Below, in pieces: positions 1-9,490 of a stretch of 64,000 nucleotides of DNA. Below the pieces are notes generated by a model, which saw nothing but the letters and a program-made list of their open reading frames with translations, was not told where the DNA came from and searched no databases. The DNA lies in the NCBI GenBank assembly GCA_030150505.1, contig JASLFS010000043.1, positions 2,573 to 66,572 of the forward strand. Direction: 5' to 3'. The position numbers and the translations under genes were made by a program. Source of the DNA: Vitreoscilla sp. GTDB lineage: Bacteria; Pseudomonadota; Gammaproteobacteria; Burkholderiales; Neisseriaceae. Each line of letters begins with the position of its first letter. Positions within the stretch are counted from its first letter, which is position 1.

Positions 1-202
1 TTTTTCTCTCGATATATTGAATTATGGGTAATAGTGTGGGGATGTTGGCCCATAAATACAAGTGTTTCAATGGTGTTTTAAGCTGATATTTCATTTGTTA
101 ACGTATTTTTAATACGATTATTGATTATTAGCATGGAATCTGGATTTTATTGTCGTTGAAGTTGATGACAAAAGTGTGAATGATGATTTGTAAGGATAGC
201 TT

Positions 203-1093
203 GTGTCTCATTTTTATGCTCGTGTTGAAGCGGCATTGTTAAGTACATCGCCTGATGATAAATGTTCAATGACGATGGCTTTGGCGGATGATGTTGATGG
301 TGGATTGTTGGCGATTGAAAAAGACGCAGAATATCGAATTTTAGATATTTCGTTAGCTGGTCATCCACCAAAGCCAATCTTGGTTTCACCTCAGTTGGTC
401 AAACCACGAAAAATAAGTACACCTGATGGTTATGGTGCGATGTTGCATTCGATTGCTCATATTGAATTTAATGCGATTAATTTGGCGTTGGATGCGGTTT
501 ATCGTTTTCGACATTTGCCTAAGCAATATGCATTGGATTGGTTGCGAGTTGCAAAAGAAGAAGCTGAGCATTTTTTATTAATGCGCTCTCGATTGCATGC
601 TTATGGTTTTGATTATGGAGATTTTGAGGCTCATAACCATTTATGGGAAATGGCTTATCTGACGGCTTTTGATCCATTACTTAGAATGGCATTGGTACCT
701 CGGGTATTGGAAGCGCGGGGGTTGGATGTGACTCCTGGTATTCGGGAGAAAATTGCTCAGCGTGGTGATGTTGAAACTTGTGCGGTATTGGATATTATTT
801 ATAAAGAAGAAGTTGGGCATGTTTGGGTGGGTAATACTTGGTATGAATATTTGTGTGAGCAAAGAAATATTGATTCTGTTTGGTTGTTTCAGGAGTTGAT
901 TTGCCGTTATGATTTGTTTTTGTTTCGTGGTTATTTTAATGAGGAAGCAAGAATAAGAGCTGGATTTAGTCAATTTGAGCTGGATTTATTGCATCATTTT
1001 TCGGATAGTATGAAAGACAACAAGATAGAATCTTGGCGCAGTGCTTTAAGTCGCTTGCCAAGAATTGGTCAAAATAATGCTGTAAAGGAGTGA
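203..1093 (+). CDS. DUF455-type ferritin-like (putative di-iron) protein, function unknown
   Basis: 296-aa ORF with a GTG start. Two ExxH motifs (KEEAEHF, YKEEVGHV) and an HIEFNAINLALD segment typical of ferritin-like/DUF455 proteins. Its stop abuts the RBS and start of the next gene. Confidence 0.7.
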   Translation: MSHFYARVEAALLSTSPDDKCSMTMALADDVDGGLLAIEKDAEYRILDISLAGHPPKPILVSPQLVKPRKISTPDGYGAMLHSIAHIEFNAINLALDAVYRFRHLPKQYALDWLRVAKEEAEHFLLMRSRLHAYGFDYGDFEAHNHLWEMAYLTAFDPLLRMALVPRVLEARGLDVTPGIREKIAQRGDVETCAVLDIIYKEEVGHVWVGNTWYEYLCEQRNIDSVWLFQELICRYDLFLFRGYFNEEARIRAGFSQFELDLLHHFSDSMKDNKIESWRSALSRLPRIGQNNAVKE

Positions 1094-1095
1094 TC

Positions 1096-1758
1096 ATGAT
1101 TAAAGCTGTGTTGTTTGATTTAGACGGTACCTTGGCTGATACTGCTATGGATTTGGGTGAGGCGGTTAATTGTTTGCTGCGTGATGCCGGTGAAAAAGAG
1201 TTGCCAATGAGTGAAATTCGTCCAATTGCTAGCTTAGGGGCGAATGGTTTATTGGAAAAGGCATTTGGGATTTCATCATCACATCCTGAGCATGCAAGAT
1301 GGCGTGCGGCTTATTTGGATCAATATGAGCAATGTTTTGATCAGCATACTGTGTTATTTGATGATATTAATGAATTAATTTTAAAGATAAAGGCATTGGG
1401 ATTACATTGGGGCATTATTACCAATAAACCTGAACGTTTTACCACGCCTTTGTTGCCGAAATTGCATTTTGCTTGCGAGCCTGAGGTGGTTGTAAGTTGT
1501 GGCGGAACGCCGTTTGCGAAGCCTCATACTAAACCGATGTTTGATGCTTGTCGTGCTTTGGAGGTCAAACCTGAAGAGTGTATTTATGTTGGGGATGCTG
1601 AGTGCGATATGACAGCAGGTCATCAAGCAGGGATGAAGACGGTTTTGGTAAATTGGGGATATTTACATGCTAATGATCCGATTGAGCAATGGCCAATTGA
1701 TGAGCGGATTAATCAACCATTGGATTTATTAAATTGTATTCATGTATGGATGAAATAA
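1096..1758 (+). CDS. HAD-superfamily phosphatase (phosphoglycolate phosphatase / MupP-like)
   Basis: HAD motifs DLDGTL, ITNK and VGDAECD. The ATG at 1096 lies 5 nt after AAGGAG (1085-1090), so it is preferred over the GTG at 1090 in the ORF track. Confidence 0.8.
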   Translation: MIKAVLFDLDGTLADTAMDLGEAVNCLLRDAGEKELPMSEIRPIASLGANGLLEKAFGISSSHPEHARWRAAYLDQYEQCFDQHTVLFDDINELILKIKALGLHWGIITNKPERFTTPLLPKLHFACEPEVVVSCGGTPFAKPHTKPMFDACRALEVKPEECIYVGDAECDMTAGHQAGMKTVLVNWGYLHANDPIEQWPIDERINQPLDLLNCIHVWMK

Positions 1759-1771
1759 ATACTTGTGCAGC

Positions 1772-1794
1772 TTGTCCACAGAATGTGTGGATAA
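1772..1794. promoter_or_regulatory. Inverted pair of DnaA-box-like 9-mers
   Basis: TTGTCCACA (1772-1780, one mismatch to TTATCCACA) and TGTGGATAA (1786-1794, exact reverse complement of TTATCCACA), separated by 5 nt in the HAD-proS spacer. Confidence 0.4.
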
Positions 1795-2009
1795 GCATGT
1801 GAATAAGGTGTTTGTTTTTCATAAAACTGCAATGAAAACAAATTAACCTATGTTATTGCCTAAAATTTAATCAATTTGTGAATTGATGGTTGTTGAAGCC
1901 AAGTGTTTTATTCACTGTAGTTTTTAAAAAAAGGGTAGAATAATACCTAATTATGAATAACCGTTGTTTTGAGATTTCGAAGCAACATCTTGATAGAAAA
2001 GTTTTGACC

Positions 2010-3722
2010 ATGAAAAGCAGTCAGTTTTTTATTTCGACGTTAAAAGAGGCGCCAGCTGAAGCTGAGTTAATTAGTCATCAGTTAATGCTACGAGCAGGTT
2101 TAATTAAACGTTTGGCTTCAGGTTTGTATACATGGATGCCAATGGGTTTGCGAGTTTTGCGTAAAGTGGAAAGCATTGTTCGAGAAGAAATGAACAATGC
2201 TGGTGCCATTGAGTTACTGATGCCCGCTGTGCAGCCTGCTGAGCTTTGGCAAGAATCAGGACGTTGGGAGTTTTATGGTAAAGAATTGCTGCGTTTGAAA
2301 GATCGTCATGAGCGTGAGTTTTGTGTAGGGCCAACTCATGAAGAAGTGATTACTGATGTGGTTCGTAAAGAAGTCAGCAGTTATAAACAATTGCCATTGA
2401 ATTTCTTCCAGATTCAAACAAAATTCCGTGATGAGGTTCGCCCACGTTTTGGTGTGATGCGTGCTCGTGAATTTGTGATGAAAGATGCGTATTCATTTCA
2501 TGCTGATTTTGAGTCGTTAAAATCAACTTATGATGATATGTACAATGCGTATTGTCGTATTTTTGATCGTTTGGGTTTGGATTATCGTCCTGTTGCTGCG
2601 GATACGGGCAGTATTGGTGGTACGGGTTCTCATGAGTTCCAAGTGTTGGCGGCAAGTGGCGAAGATGTGATTGCTTATAGTGATACTTCAGATTTTGCAG
2701 CGAATGTTGAATTGGCTCAAACATTACCTCTACAAGGCGAACGTGCTGCTGCTCAAGAGGCGCTAACAAAAGTTCATACGCCAAATACCAAAACGATTCA
2801 AGATTTGGTAACGTTCTTGAATGTTCCTGTTGAAAAAACCATTAAATCGATTGTGGTTGAGGGCGAAGAAGAAGGCAGTTTGGTATTGTTATTGTTGCGC
2901 GGCGATCACGAGTTTAATGATATTAAAGCTGAGAAATTAGCTGGTGTGAAATCTCCATTAACCATGGCTTCAGCGGCTGCTATTCAGACTGCTTTTGGTG
3001 CAAATGGTGGTTCATTGGGTCCTGTTGGTTTCGTTGGTAAAGTGTATGCTGATTTTGCCATTGAATTGACTGCTGATGCGGTTGTTGGCGCCAATGAAGA
3101 TGACTACCATTATACTGGCTTTAATTTCACACGAGATGCAGCAGAACCTGAGTTTGTGGATTTGCGTAATGTTATCGATGGCGATGTATCGCCTGATGGC
3201 CAAGGACATTTGAAATTGGCTCGTGGTATTGAAGTGGGTCACGTTTTCCAATTGCGTCAAAAATATGCGGAAGCGATGCAAGCAACGTTCCTAGATAAAA
3301 ATGGTAAAAACCAAATCATGGAAATGGGTTGTTATGGCGTTGGTGTGACTCGTATTGTTGCTGCAGCGATTGAACAAGGTTTTGATGATAAAGGTATTAT
3401 TTGGACGAAGAGCATGGCGCCGTTTGGTGTGGTGATTGTGCCAATGAATTACAAAAAATCAGAAACAGTTAAAGCAGCTGCTGATGATATTTATGCACAG
3501 TTAACAGCACAAGGTGTTGATGTGTTATTGGATGACCGTGATGAGCGTGCTGGTGTTCTTTTGGCTGATTCTGAGCTATTGGGTATTCCGTTGCGCATTG
3601 TTGTTGGTGATCGAGGCCTGAAAAATGGTGAAGTGGAATATGCTCATCGACAAGGTGATGGTGCTAATAATGTAGCGCTTGAGCGGATTGTTGAAACGGT
3701 GTTAGCTGATTTGAAAAATTGA
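2010..3722 (+). CDS. proS: Prolyl-tRNA synthetase
   Basis: Full-length bacterial-type ProRS with an editing insertion. The N-terminus [30 protein letters not shown] is typical, so the ATG at 2010 is preferred over the upstream in-frame ATG at 1953. Confidence 0.95.
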   Translation: MKSSQFFISTLKEAPAEAELISHQLMLRAGLIKRLASGLYTWMPMGLRVLRKVESIVREEMNNAGAIELLMPAVQPAELWQESGRWEFYGKELLRLKDRHEREFCVGPTHEEVITDVVRKEVSSYKQLPLNFFQIQTKFRDEVRPRFGVMRAREFVMKDAYSFHADFESLKSTYDDMYNAYCRIFDRLGLDYRPVAADTGSIGGTGSHEFQVLAASGEDVIAYSDTSDFAANVELAQTLPLQGERAAAQEALTKVHTPNTKTIQDLVTFLNVPVEKTIKSIVVEGEEEGSLVLLLLRGDHEFNDIKAEKLAGVKSPLTMASAAAIQTAFGANGGSLGPVGFVGKVYADFAIELTADAVVGANEDDYHYTGFNFTRDAAEPEFVDLRNVIDGDVSPDGQGHLKLARGIEVGHVFQLRQKYAEAMQATFLDKNGKNQIMEMGCYGVGVTRIVAAAIEQGFDDKGIIWTKSMAPFGVVIVPMNYKKSETVKAAADDIYAQLTAQGVDVLLDDRDERAGVLLADSELLGIPLRIVVGDRGLKNGEVEYAHRQGDGANNVALERIVETVLADLKN

Positions 3723-3730
3723 TTGAATGA

Positions 3731-3757
3731 AAAAGCTACTTCGGTAGCTTTTTTTAT
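3731..3757 (+). terminator. Rho-independent terminator after proS
   Basis: Stem AAAAGCTAC / GTAGCTTTT with loop TTCG, followed by a T-run. Confidence 0.8.
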
Positions 3758-3782
3758 TGAAAATGTGGCAAGAAGGTGAAGC

Positions 3783-4520
3783 ATGGAATATCAAGGTAAA
3801 GATGATTTATTGGCCAATAAAACGATTTTAATCACCGGTGCCGGTGCTGGAATTGGCGAAGAGGCTGCCTTAACTTATGCAAAATATGGCGCTAAAGTGA
3901 TTTTATTGGGCAGAACAGCCAGTAAGTTAGAAGCGGTGGCCGATAAAATTGCTTTGCTGTTTGGCTATAAACCCAAAGTGATTGTTTTGGATATGTTAAG
4001 CGCGACTGAGCAGGATTATCAGAATTTATCTGCGCAACTGGTTAGCGAATATGGCCATTTGGATGGATTGCTGAACAATGCTGGTTTATTGGGACAGCGT
4101 TTGCCAATGATTGAGCAGGATGCTGCTATTTGGCAAGATGTTATGCAGGTTAATATTAATGCAACGTTTATGTTAACAAAACATTTATTGCCTTTGCTAC
4201 TTGCCGCAAAAAATGCATCGTTGATTTTAACCAGTTCTGGAGTAGGTCGTGAGGGGCGAAAGGATTGGGGTGCTTATTCGGTATCTAAGTTTGCAACAGA
4301 AGGAATGATGCAAGTATTGGCGGTTGAGTATCAGGATAGTGGCGTGCGAGTGAATGCTATTAATCCGGGCGGAACAAGAACCAGTATGCGTGCGAATGCG
4401 TTTCCAAGCGAAGACCCGAATACTTTAAAAACACCGGCGGATATCATGCCTGTTTATTTGTATTTAATGGGCGATGATAGCTTGAATATTAATGGACAAA
4501 GCTTAAATGCACAGTCTTAA
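3783..4520 (+). CDS. yciK: Short-chain dehydrogenase/reductase, YciK-like
   Basis: TGAGAGIG Rossmann motif and YSVSK catalytic YxxxK. Collinear similarity to E. coli YciK as I recall it (NAGLLG, WQDVMQVNINATFMLT, GGTRTSMRANAFPSEDP, TPADIMPVYLYLMGDDS). Confidence 0.85.
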   Translation: MEYQGKDDLLANKTILITGAGAGIGEEAALTYAKYGAKVILLGRTASKLEAVADKIALLFGYKPKVIVLDMLSATEQDYQNLSAQLVSEYGHLDGLLNNAGLLGQRLPMIEQDAAIWQDVMQVNINATFMLTKHLLPLLLAAKNASLILTSSGVGREGRKDWGAYSVSKFATEGMMQVLAVEYQDSGVRVNAINPGGTRTSMRANAFPSEDPNTLKTPADIMPVYLYLMGDDSLNINGQSLNAQS

Positions 4521-4554
4521 TGTTGAAGATAAATATGATTTTGATGGGGTGAAA

Positions 4555-5349
4555 ATGAATACAAAAACAATGATTGCTATGGCCTTAAGTTCGGTGCTAG
4601 CGGTTTCTACTGTTTATGCGAAACCAAGTGGTGAGATGAAGTTTCATGCACAATCATGTGAGACAACCAAAACAGATAAAGGTTGTTCTGAATACAACGT
4701 TAAATTCCCTGTTTATCTGGATGATAAGTGGGTGAATGAATACATTGATAAAAACGTTCGCAGTATTGTGAGTGATGGCTCTGTAGGTGCTCAGTTACCA
4801 TGGCAGAAGTTTATTCAGCACTATGCTGATATTAGTACGCAAGTTGATGGTGATGATGTTTGGACACAAGACATTACGGTGGATGTGAAAGACAGTGGTC
4901 AGCTTGAGCATTGGATAGCGGTAACATTTACAACATATGAATATAACAAAGGTGCTGCGCATGGCATGCCTGGTCGTTATTATCGAGTGTTAGATGCTAA
5001 AGCGAAAAAAGAAATTAAATTAGATGATATTTTATTGCCTGGCAAAGATAAGCGAGAAGCTTTAGAGAAGTTGCAGTATCAAGCAGCTAAACAGTATTTT
5101 ATCAAGCATGCTGATATGAGTGCTGCGGAAGTAGATGCACAGTTTTCTAGTCAGATGTTTGAATTTCATTTGACCGATAACTGGCGACCAGTCAAAGATG
5201 GTTTGGTTTTTGGTTTTGGTGCATATGAAATTGGTCCTTATGCTTTAGGGATGCCTGAGGTTTTCATTAATATGAAAGATTTAAAAGGTATTATCGACAA
5301 GAATGCCTTGAAGAAATTAAGCCATTGGCCAGTTGCTCATAAAGATTAA
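4555..5349 (+). CDS. Secreted DUF3298/DUF4163-like (RsiV/PdaC-type) protein
   Basis: Signal peptide MNTKTMIAMALSSVLAVSTVYA from the ATG at 4555. The YEYNKGAAHGMPG motif is characteristic of DUF3298. Confidence 0.6.
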   Translation: MNTKTMIAMALSSVLAVSTVYAKPSGEMKFHAQSCETTKTDKGCSEYNVKFPVYLDDKWVNEYIDKNVRSIVSDGSVGAQLPWQKFIQHYADISTQVDGDDVWTQDITVDVKDSGQLEHWIAVTFTTYEYNKGAAHGMPGRYYRVLDAKAKKEIKLDDILLPGKDKREALEKLQYQAAKQYFIKHADMSAAEVDAQFSSQMFEFHLTDNWRPVKDGLVFGFGAYEIGPYALGMPEVFINMKDLKGIIDKNALKKLSHWPVAHKD

Positions 5350-5378
5350 TCAAATATTGATGAACTAAGGAGGGGAAG

Positions 5379-6719
5379 ATGGATTGGCAGTCATTATTAA
5401 GTACGCAGCGATTTAAGGTAAAAGATGGGCAAGTGATGCCAACATCGACCCCGTCTACACAAGAAGGCGCAGATGTTTTGCGAACTGATTTTCATATTGA
5501 TTATGATCGCCTAGTGTTTTCGGGTTCTTTTCGCCGTTTAGGTCGCAAAACTCAGGTGCATCCTTTTGCTAAAGATGATCATACGCACAATCGTTTAACA
5601 CACAGTGTTGAGGTGGCAAGCGTTGGCCGTAGTATTGGTAATCGTGTTGGTGTGATGTTGCAATCGGGGCAGTTCTTACCACCGGCAAATACGCCTTCGG
5701 ATATTGGTGCTGTGGTACAAGTGGCTTGTCTTGCCCATGATTTGGGTAATCCGCCATTTGGGCATACTGGTGAATATGCTTTGCGTGATTGGTTTTTGGA
5801 AGAGGGAAATGAGCGGTATTTGCAGGGTTTAACCAGTAAAGAAAAAGCAGATATTGTGACTTATGAAGGAAATGCACACAGTTTGCGAGTGGTTAGTAAT
5901 TTGGAAATGTACCGTGCTCGAGGTGGAATGCGCTTAACAGCAGCAAGTTTAGGGGCTTTACTAAAATACCCTTGGGGCAGTTCTCATCCCCATGGAAGCA
6001 AGAAATTTAATATTTACCAAGCTGAAATGCCATTTATGCGTCGAATTGCTCAGGAGCTTGGGCTGCCTGAAAAGGCAAATGATGAATGGGCTAGGCATCC
6101 TTTATCGTATTTAATGGAAGCAGCGGATGATATTTGTTATGCCTTATTGGATTTAGAAGATGCTGTTGAGATTGATTTATTGCATGAGTATGAAGTGGAA
6201 ACGGTTTTGTCCTTACTAACCGATGTTGAAAATGCTTGGCAGGCGCCGTCTCGCAGACAGCGCTGTGCGATGATGCGAGGTATTGCTATTGGCAAGGCAA
6301 TTGACGATGTTGCTCATACTTTTATGCGCTATCACCAAGAATTGTTGGCGGGAGAATTGCCTGCTAATGATTTACTGTCGTTGTGTACGCCTGAAGTCAG
6401 AGACACGCTGAATAATGCAAAAGCTTTGGCGAGAAATCGTATTTTTCGACATGAAAGCAAGTTGATTACAGAGATTGCTGCTTATCCTTGCATTGGCTCG
6501 ATTTTATCTTTGTTAATTCCTGCTGTTCAAGCTTATGTGGCGCATGAGCGAATTAACCACAAACAATCCTTAGCATTGGATTTGTTAAATGAGGATCCTA
6601 TTGTTGAAAATGATAGTTTGTATACAGCGTATATGAAAGTTTTAGACTTTGTGGGCGGAATGACTGACAATGCTGCTGCTCAATTAGCGCGCGAAGTTTC
6701 TGGAATTGGCATGGTGTAA
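5379..6719 (+). CDS. dgt: dGTP triphosphohydrolase-like HD-domain protein
   Basis: HD-domain motifs HNRLTHSVEV and AHDLGNPPFGH. AAGGAGG RBS upstream of the ATG. 446 aa, typical of the dGTPase type-2 family. Confidence 0.85.
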   Translation: MDWQSLLSTQRFKVKDGQVMPTSTPSTQEGADVLRTDFHIDYDRLVFSGSFRRLGRKTQVHPFAKDDHTHNRLTHSVEVASVGRSIGNRVGVMLQSGQFLPPANTPSDIGAVVQVACLAHDLGNPPFGHTGEYALRDWFLEEGNERYLQGLTSKEKADIVTYEGNAHSLRVVSNLEMYRARGGMRLTAASLGALLKYPWGSSHPHGSKKFNIYQAEMPFMRRIAQELGLPEKANDEWARHPLSYLMEAADDICYALLDLEDAVEIDLLHEYEVETVLSLLTDVENAWQAPSRRQRCAMMRGIAIGKAIDDVAHTFMRYHQELLAGELPANDLLSLCTPEVRDTLNNAKALARNRIFRHESKLITEIAAYPCIGSILSLLIPAVQAYVAHERINHKQSLALDLLNEDPIVENDSLYTAYMKVLDFVGGMTDNAAAQLAREVSGIGMV

Positions 6720-6755
6720 ACTGTCATCTTCCTTTAAAATAGCAACTTACTTCAT

Positions 6756-6767
6756 TTCAGGCAGCCT
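6756..6767 (-). repeat. DNA-uptake-sequence-like 12-mer AGGCTGCCTGAA (reverse orientation)
   Basis: Exact 12-mer, one of five exact copies in the window. Confidence 0.75.
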
Positions 6768-6781
6768 ATTTTAAGATAAGT

Positions 6782-6793
6782 AGGCTGCCTGAA
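6782..6793 (+). repeat. DNA-uptake-sequence-like 12-mer AGGCTGCCTGAA
   Basis: Exact 12-mer, one of five exact copies in the window. Confidence 0.75.
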
Positions 6794-6824
6794 AACAATT
6801 TAAGATAACAAGACTTATAATAAT

Positions 6825-7568
6825 ATGACGACAGAAGAACAAAACAACATGCGCTTATCAAAGCGTATGGCACAATTAGGACTTTGCTCGCGCCGTGAAG
6901 CTGATAGCTACATTGAGCAAGGCTGGGTTAAAGTAAATGGCGTTGTAGCCATCTTGGGTCAAAAAGTGACCGAACAAGATAGAATTGATTTATCCAAAGA
7001 AGCACATCAAAAACAATCAGAACGTGTCACCATTATTTTGCATAAGCCTATTGGTTATGTCAGTGGACAAGCAGAAAAAGGTTATCAACCAGCGGTTAGC
7101 TTAATTACGCCAGAAAACCATTGGGATGAAGATCCCACGGGCATTCGTTATTCACCAGAACATCAAATTGGTTTAGCACCAGCGGGTCGCTTGGATATTG
7201 AATCAACAGGTTTATTGGTGCTGACACAAGATGGTCGCATTGCTAAGCAATTAATTGGTGAAAATAGTCCAACAACCAAAGAATATTTGGTGAGAGTTCG
7301 AGGAAATTTAAGCGAAGAAGGCTTGAAATTGCTTAATCATGGCATTATCTTGGATGGAGAAGCTTTGTTAGAAGCACAAGTTAGTTGGCAAAATGAAGAC
7401 CAACTACGCTTTGTTTTAAAACAAGGTAAGAAGCGCCAAATTCGCCGAATGTGTGAAACCGTGGGATTGCGAGTGGTTGGCTTAAAGCGTATTCGCATGG
7501 GACGAGTGAAGCTAGGGCGTTTACCGCAAGGAAAATGGCGTTATCTTGGCGTAAACGAGCGCTTTTAA
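6825..7568 (+). CDS. rRNA pseudouridine synthase, RsuA/RluB/RluF family
   Basis: N-terminal S4 domain ([31 protein letters not shown]) and catalytic [14 protein letters not shown] motif. The start is uncertain between 6825 and the in-frame ATG at 6849. Confidence 0.85.
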   Translation: MTTEEQNNMRLSKRMAQLGLCSRREADSYIEQGWVKVNGVVAILGQKVTEQDRIDLSKEAHQKQSERVTIILHKPIGYVSGQAEKGYQPAVSLITPENHWDEDPTGIRYSPEHQIGLAPAGRLDIESTGLLVLTQDGRIAKQLIGENSPTTKEYLVRVRGNLSEEGLKLLNHGIILDGEALLEAQVSWQNEDQLRFVLKQGKKRQIRRMCETVGLRVVGLKRIRMGRVKLGRLPQGKWRYLGVNERF

Positions 7569-7608
7569 ATATCATTAAACACACAGAAATCAGAAGGACA
7601 CCTTGCGC

Positions 7609-8313
7609 ATGAGTCATGCTTTGGTACAAGACTATCTACAAACTCAAGGTTTGAGATTGCCAAAAGAGGAAGTAGAAGTTGCGCGAGCAACATTACTGGC
7701 TATTTTACAAGCGGTTGAAAATATCGATTTGGATGTTGATCCATGGTTTATCAATGAAGAAACGGCGCAAGATCCAGTAGCCAGTTTTTTTCAGCTACGT
7801 GAGCATTTGCCTAAAAACGAACAAACCATTTTATTAGCAAAAGCCATTTTTGCCATGCTAGATTCCATTGCCGAGCGCCACAGTGCTGAAGCCAGTGTTT
7901 ATTTGCGTCCGCAACATAACCCAGCTGTTTTAATGCGCTTAGCACAATTGGGTGCTGAAAGTAGCAATCATTTGCCGATGTTAGAAGCGCAAGCGAAACC
8001 AGCAGATGCTTTATTTACCCGCGCAGCAGAAACTGGTTGGGCGAATATCATTGAAAATGTTGAGCAATGGATTGAATGGGGTGATGCACCAAAAGAATTG
8101 CTGCATTATGGTAAAAGTCATTTGGCTTTACCAATCACCAATGCAAATGGCTCTGTTTTGGGTTTATTAACAGTATCACAAGCAGAAGAATCATCTTTTA
8201 ATCCAGAAGCGCAAGCTTGGTGGATTGCCTTAGCTGTTGTATTGGCAGAAATATTGCCAAGTTATTTACCAGAAGGCTGGTTGCATCAATCAGATATGGA
8301 TGAAAACGAATAA
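7609..8313 (+). CDS. Acidic hypothetical protein with a GAF-like C-terminal half
   Basis: ORF ending TAA immediately before the ribA ATG (TAAATG). The C-terminal segment HLALPITNANGSVLGLLTVSQAEESSF resembles the distal GAF-domain strands. The start is ambiguous (TTG 7603 or ATG 7609). Confidence 0.55.
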   Translation: MSHALVQDYLQTQGLRLPKEEVEVARATLLAILQAVENIDLDVDPWFINEETAQDPVASFFQLREHLPKNEQTILLAKAIFAMLDSIAERHSAEASVYLRPQHNPAVLMRLAQLGAESSNHLPMLEAQAKPADALFTRAAETGWANIIENVEQWIEWGDAPKELLHYGKSHLALPITNANGSVLGLLTVSQAEESSFNPEAQAWWIALAVVLAEILPSYLPEGWLHQSDMDENE

Positions 8314-8934
8314 ATGAACGCAAACACACAAAATTGGCAAGTTGAAGTACCCATTAACTTTATTGCAAGCTGTCGCTTACCCACGCAGTGGGGTGAGTTT
8401 ACGATGCATGGTTTTGAGGAAAAGTCAGGTCAAGAGCATGTTGCATTAAGCATGGGTGATATTCAATCAGGAGAACCTGTTTTAGCAAGAATTCACTCAG
8501 AATGTTTAACTGGCGATTCATTATTTTCTCAGCGCTGTGATTGTGGTCCACAATTACAGGCAGCCATGAAAGCCGTGCAAGCAGCCGGGCGTGGCGTGAT
8601 TGTTTATTTGCGTCAAGAAGGTCGTGGTATTGGTTTGATTAATAAAATTCGTGCTTATAAATTGCAAGATCAAGGCATGGATACTGTAGAAGCCAATTTA
8701 GCATTGGGCTTGCCTATTGATGCACGAAACTTTGTTTTGGCTAAAAGCATTTTGCAGCATTTGGGCATTGATTCTGTTGATTTAATGACGAACAACCCAG
8801 AAAAAGTGAATACTTTGGAAAATGTTGGTATTACCGTTGCACATCGGATTCCATTGGTCGTTGGTGTGAATAAAGAAAATGAACATTATTTAGAAACCAA
8901 AGCACATAAATTAGATCATATGCTGCCATTTTAA
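8314..8934 (+). CDS. ribA: GTP cyclohydrolase II
   Basis: Collinear with E. coli RibA, including the zinc-site motif HSECLTGDSLFSQRCDCG, plus RQEGRGIGLINKIRAY and TNNPEKV. Confidence 0.93.
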   Translation: MNANTQNWQVEVPINFIASCRLPTQWGEFTMHGFEEKSGQEHVALSMGDIQSGEPVLARIHSECLTGDSLFSQRCDCGPQLQAAMKAVQAAGRGVIVYLRQEGRGIGLINKIRAYKLQDQGMDTVEANLALGLPIDARNFVLAKSILQHLGIDSVDLMTNNPEKVNTLENVGITVAHRIPLVVGVNKENEHYLETKAHKLDHMLPF

Positions 8935-8940
8935 ATCATA

Positions 8941-8982
8941 AAAAAACCGAGCCAAGGCTTAATCGCATGGCTCGGTTTTTTT
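8941..8982. terminator. Bidirectional terminator between ribA and the convergent thioesterase gene
   Basis: A-run, stem CCGAGCCA / TGGCTCGG, then a T-run. Confidence 0.8.
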
Positions 8983-8993
8983 GTGCTTGTGTT

Positions 8994-9488
8994 TTAAGAA
9001 TTAGCTGCTTGTTGCAACATTTCAATATCAACACGAACAAAAATAGAATCTGCTTTCGCAGTCATCACGTCATTGCACCAAACTTCACAAATAACCCGTG
9101 TTTTTCTACCAACATCACCTTCAATATAAGCTTTTAGCGTTAATTCTTTGCCCATTGGCGTTGGTGCTAAATATTTAATATTTAAATTACCAGTCACACA
9201 CTCAATAGATGGTAAAGTACCAATTTCTCTCTCTTCATGGCGATATTGATGCGCCATGACCGTCCAGTTTGAATGGCAATCAATTAGCATTGCCAATAAA
9301 CCGCCATAAACCAATCCCGGCCAACCTAGAAACTCTTCATCAGGCATGTGCTTTGCAATGGCAAATTGCCCGGTTTCATCCCAATGGCTTTTAATATTTA
9401 ATCCTGTAGGGTGATTCGGGCCACAGCCATAGCAATGACTAGGATTCGCTGCTAAATCTTGAAATGCCCCTGTTTGTAATTTTGTCAT
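8994..9488 (-). CDS. PaaI/hotdog-fold thioesterase
   Basis: A YGGLLAMLIDCH-type hotdog core. The ATG at 9488 is preceded by GGAGA, so it is preferred over the upstream ORF-track start at 9527. Confidence 0.7.
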   Translation of the reverse strand: MTKLQTGAFQDLAANPSHCYGCGPNHPTGLNIKSHWDETGQFAIAKHMPDEEFLGWPGLVYGGLLAMLIDCHSNWTVMAHQYRHEEREIGTLPSIECVTGNLNIKYLAPTPMGKELTLKAYIEGDVGRKTRVICEVWCNDVMTAKADSIFVRVDIEMLQQAANS

Positions 9489-9490
9489 GT

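Larger units (their letters stand above)
6756..6793 (+). terminator. Terminator hairpin built from an inverted pair of DUS 12-mers
   Basis: TTCAGGCAGCCT (6756-6767) and AGGCTGCCTGAA (6782-6793) are exact reverse complements. They flank a 14-nt loop directly after the dgt stop codon. Confidence 0.7.

Noticed and set aside
1772-1794. The DnaA-box pair as the replication origin (oriC)
   Set aside because: There are only two boxes, no cluster of additional boxes, no AT-rich unwinding repeats, and no dnaA, dnaN, gidA or parAB genes nearby. It is kept only as a possible regulatory or titration site.
5379-6719. dGTPase-like gene as a possible anti-phage dNTP-depletion defence gene
   Set aside because: It sits in a conserved housekeeping context (yciK, pseudouridine synthase, ribA) with no defence-island neighbours or mobile elements. 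It matches the widespread chromosomal Dgt-like family.
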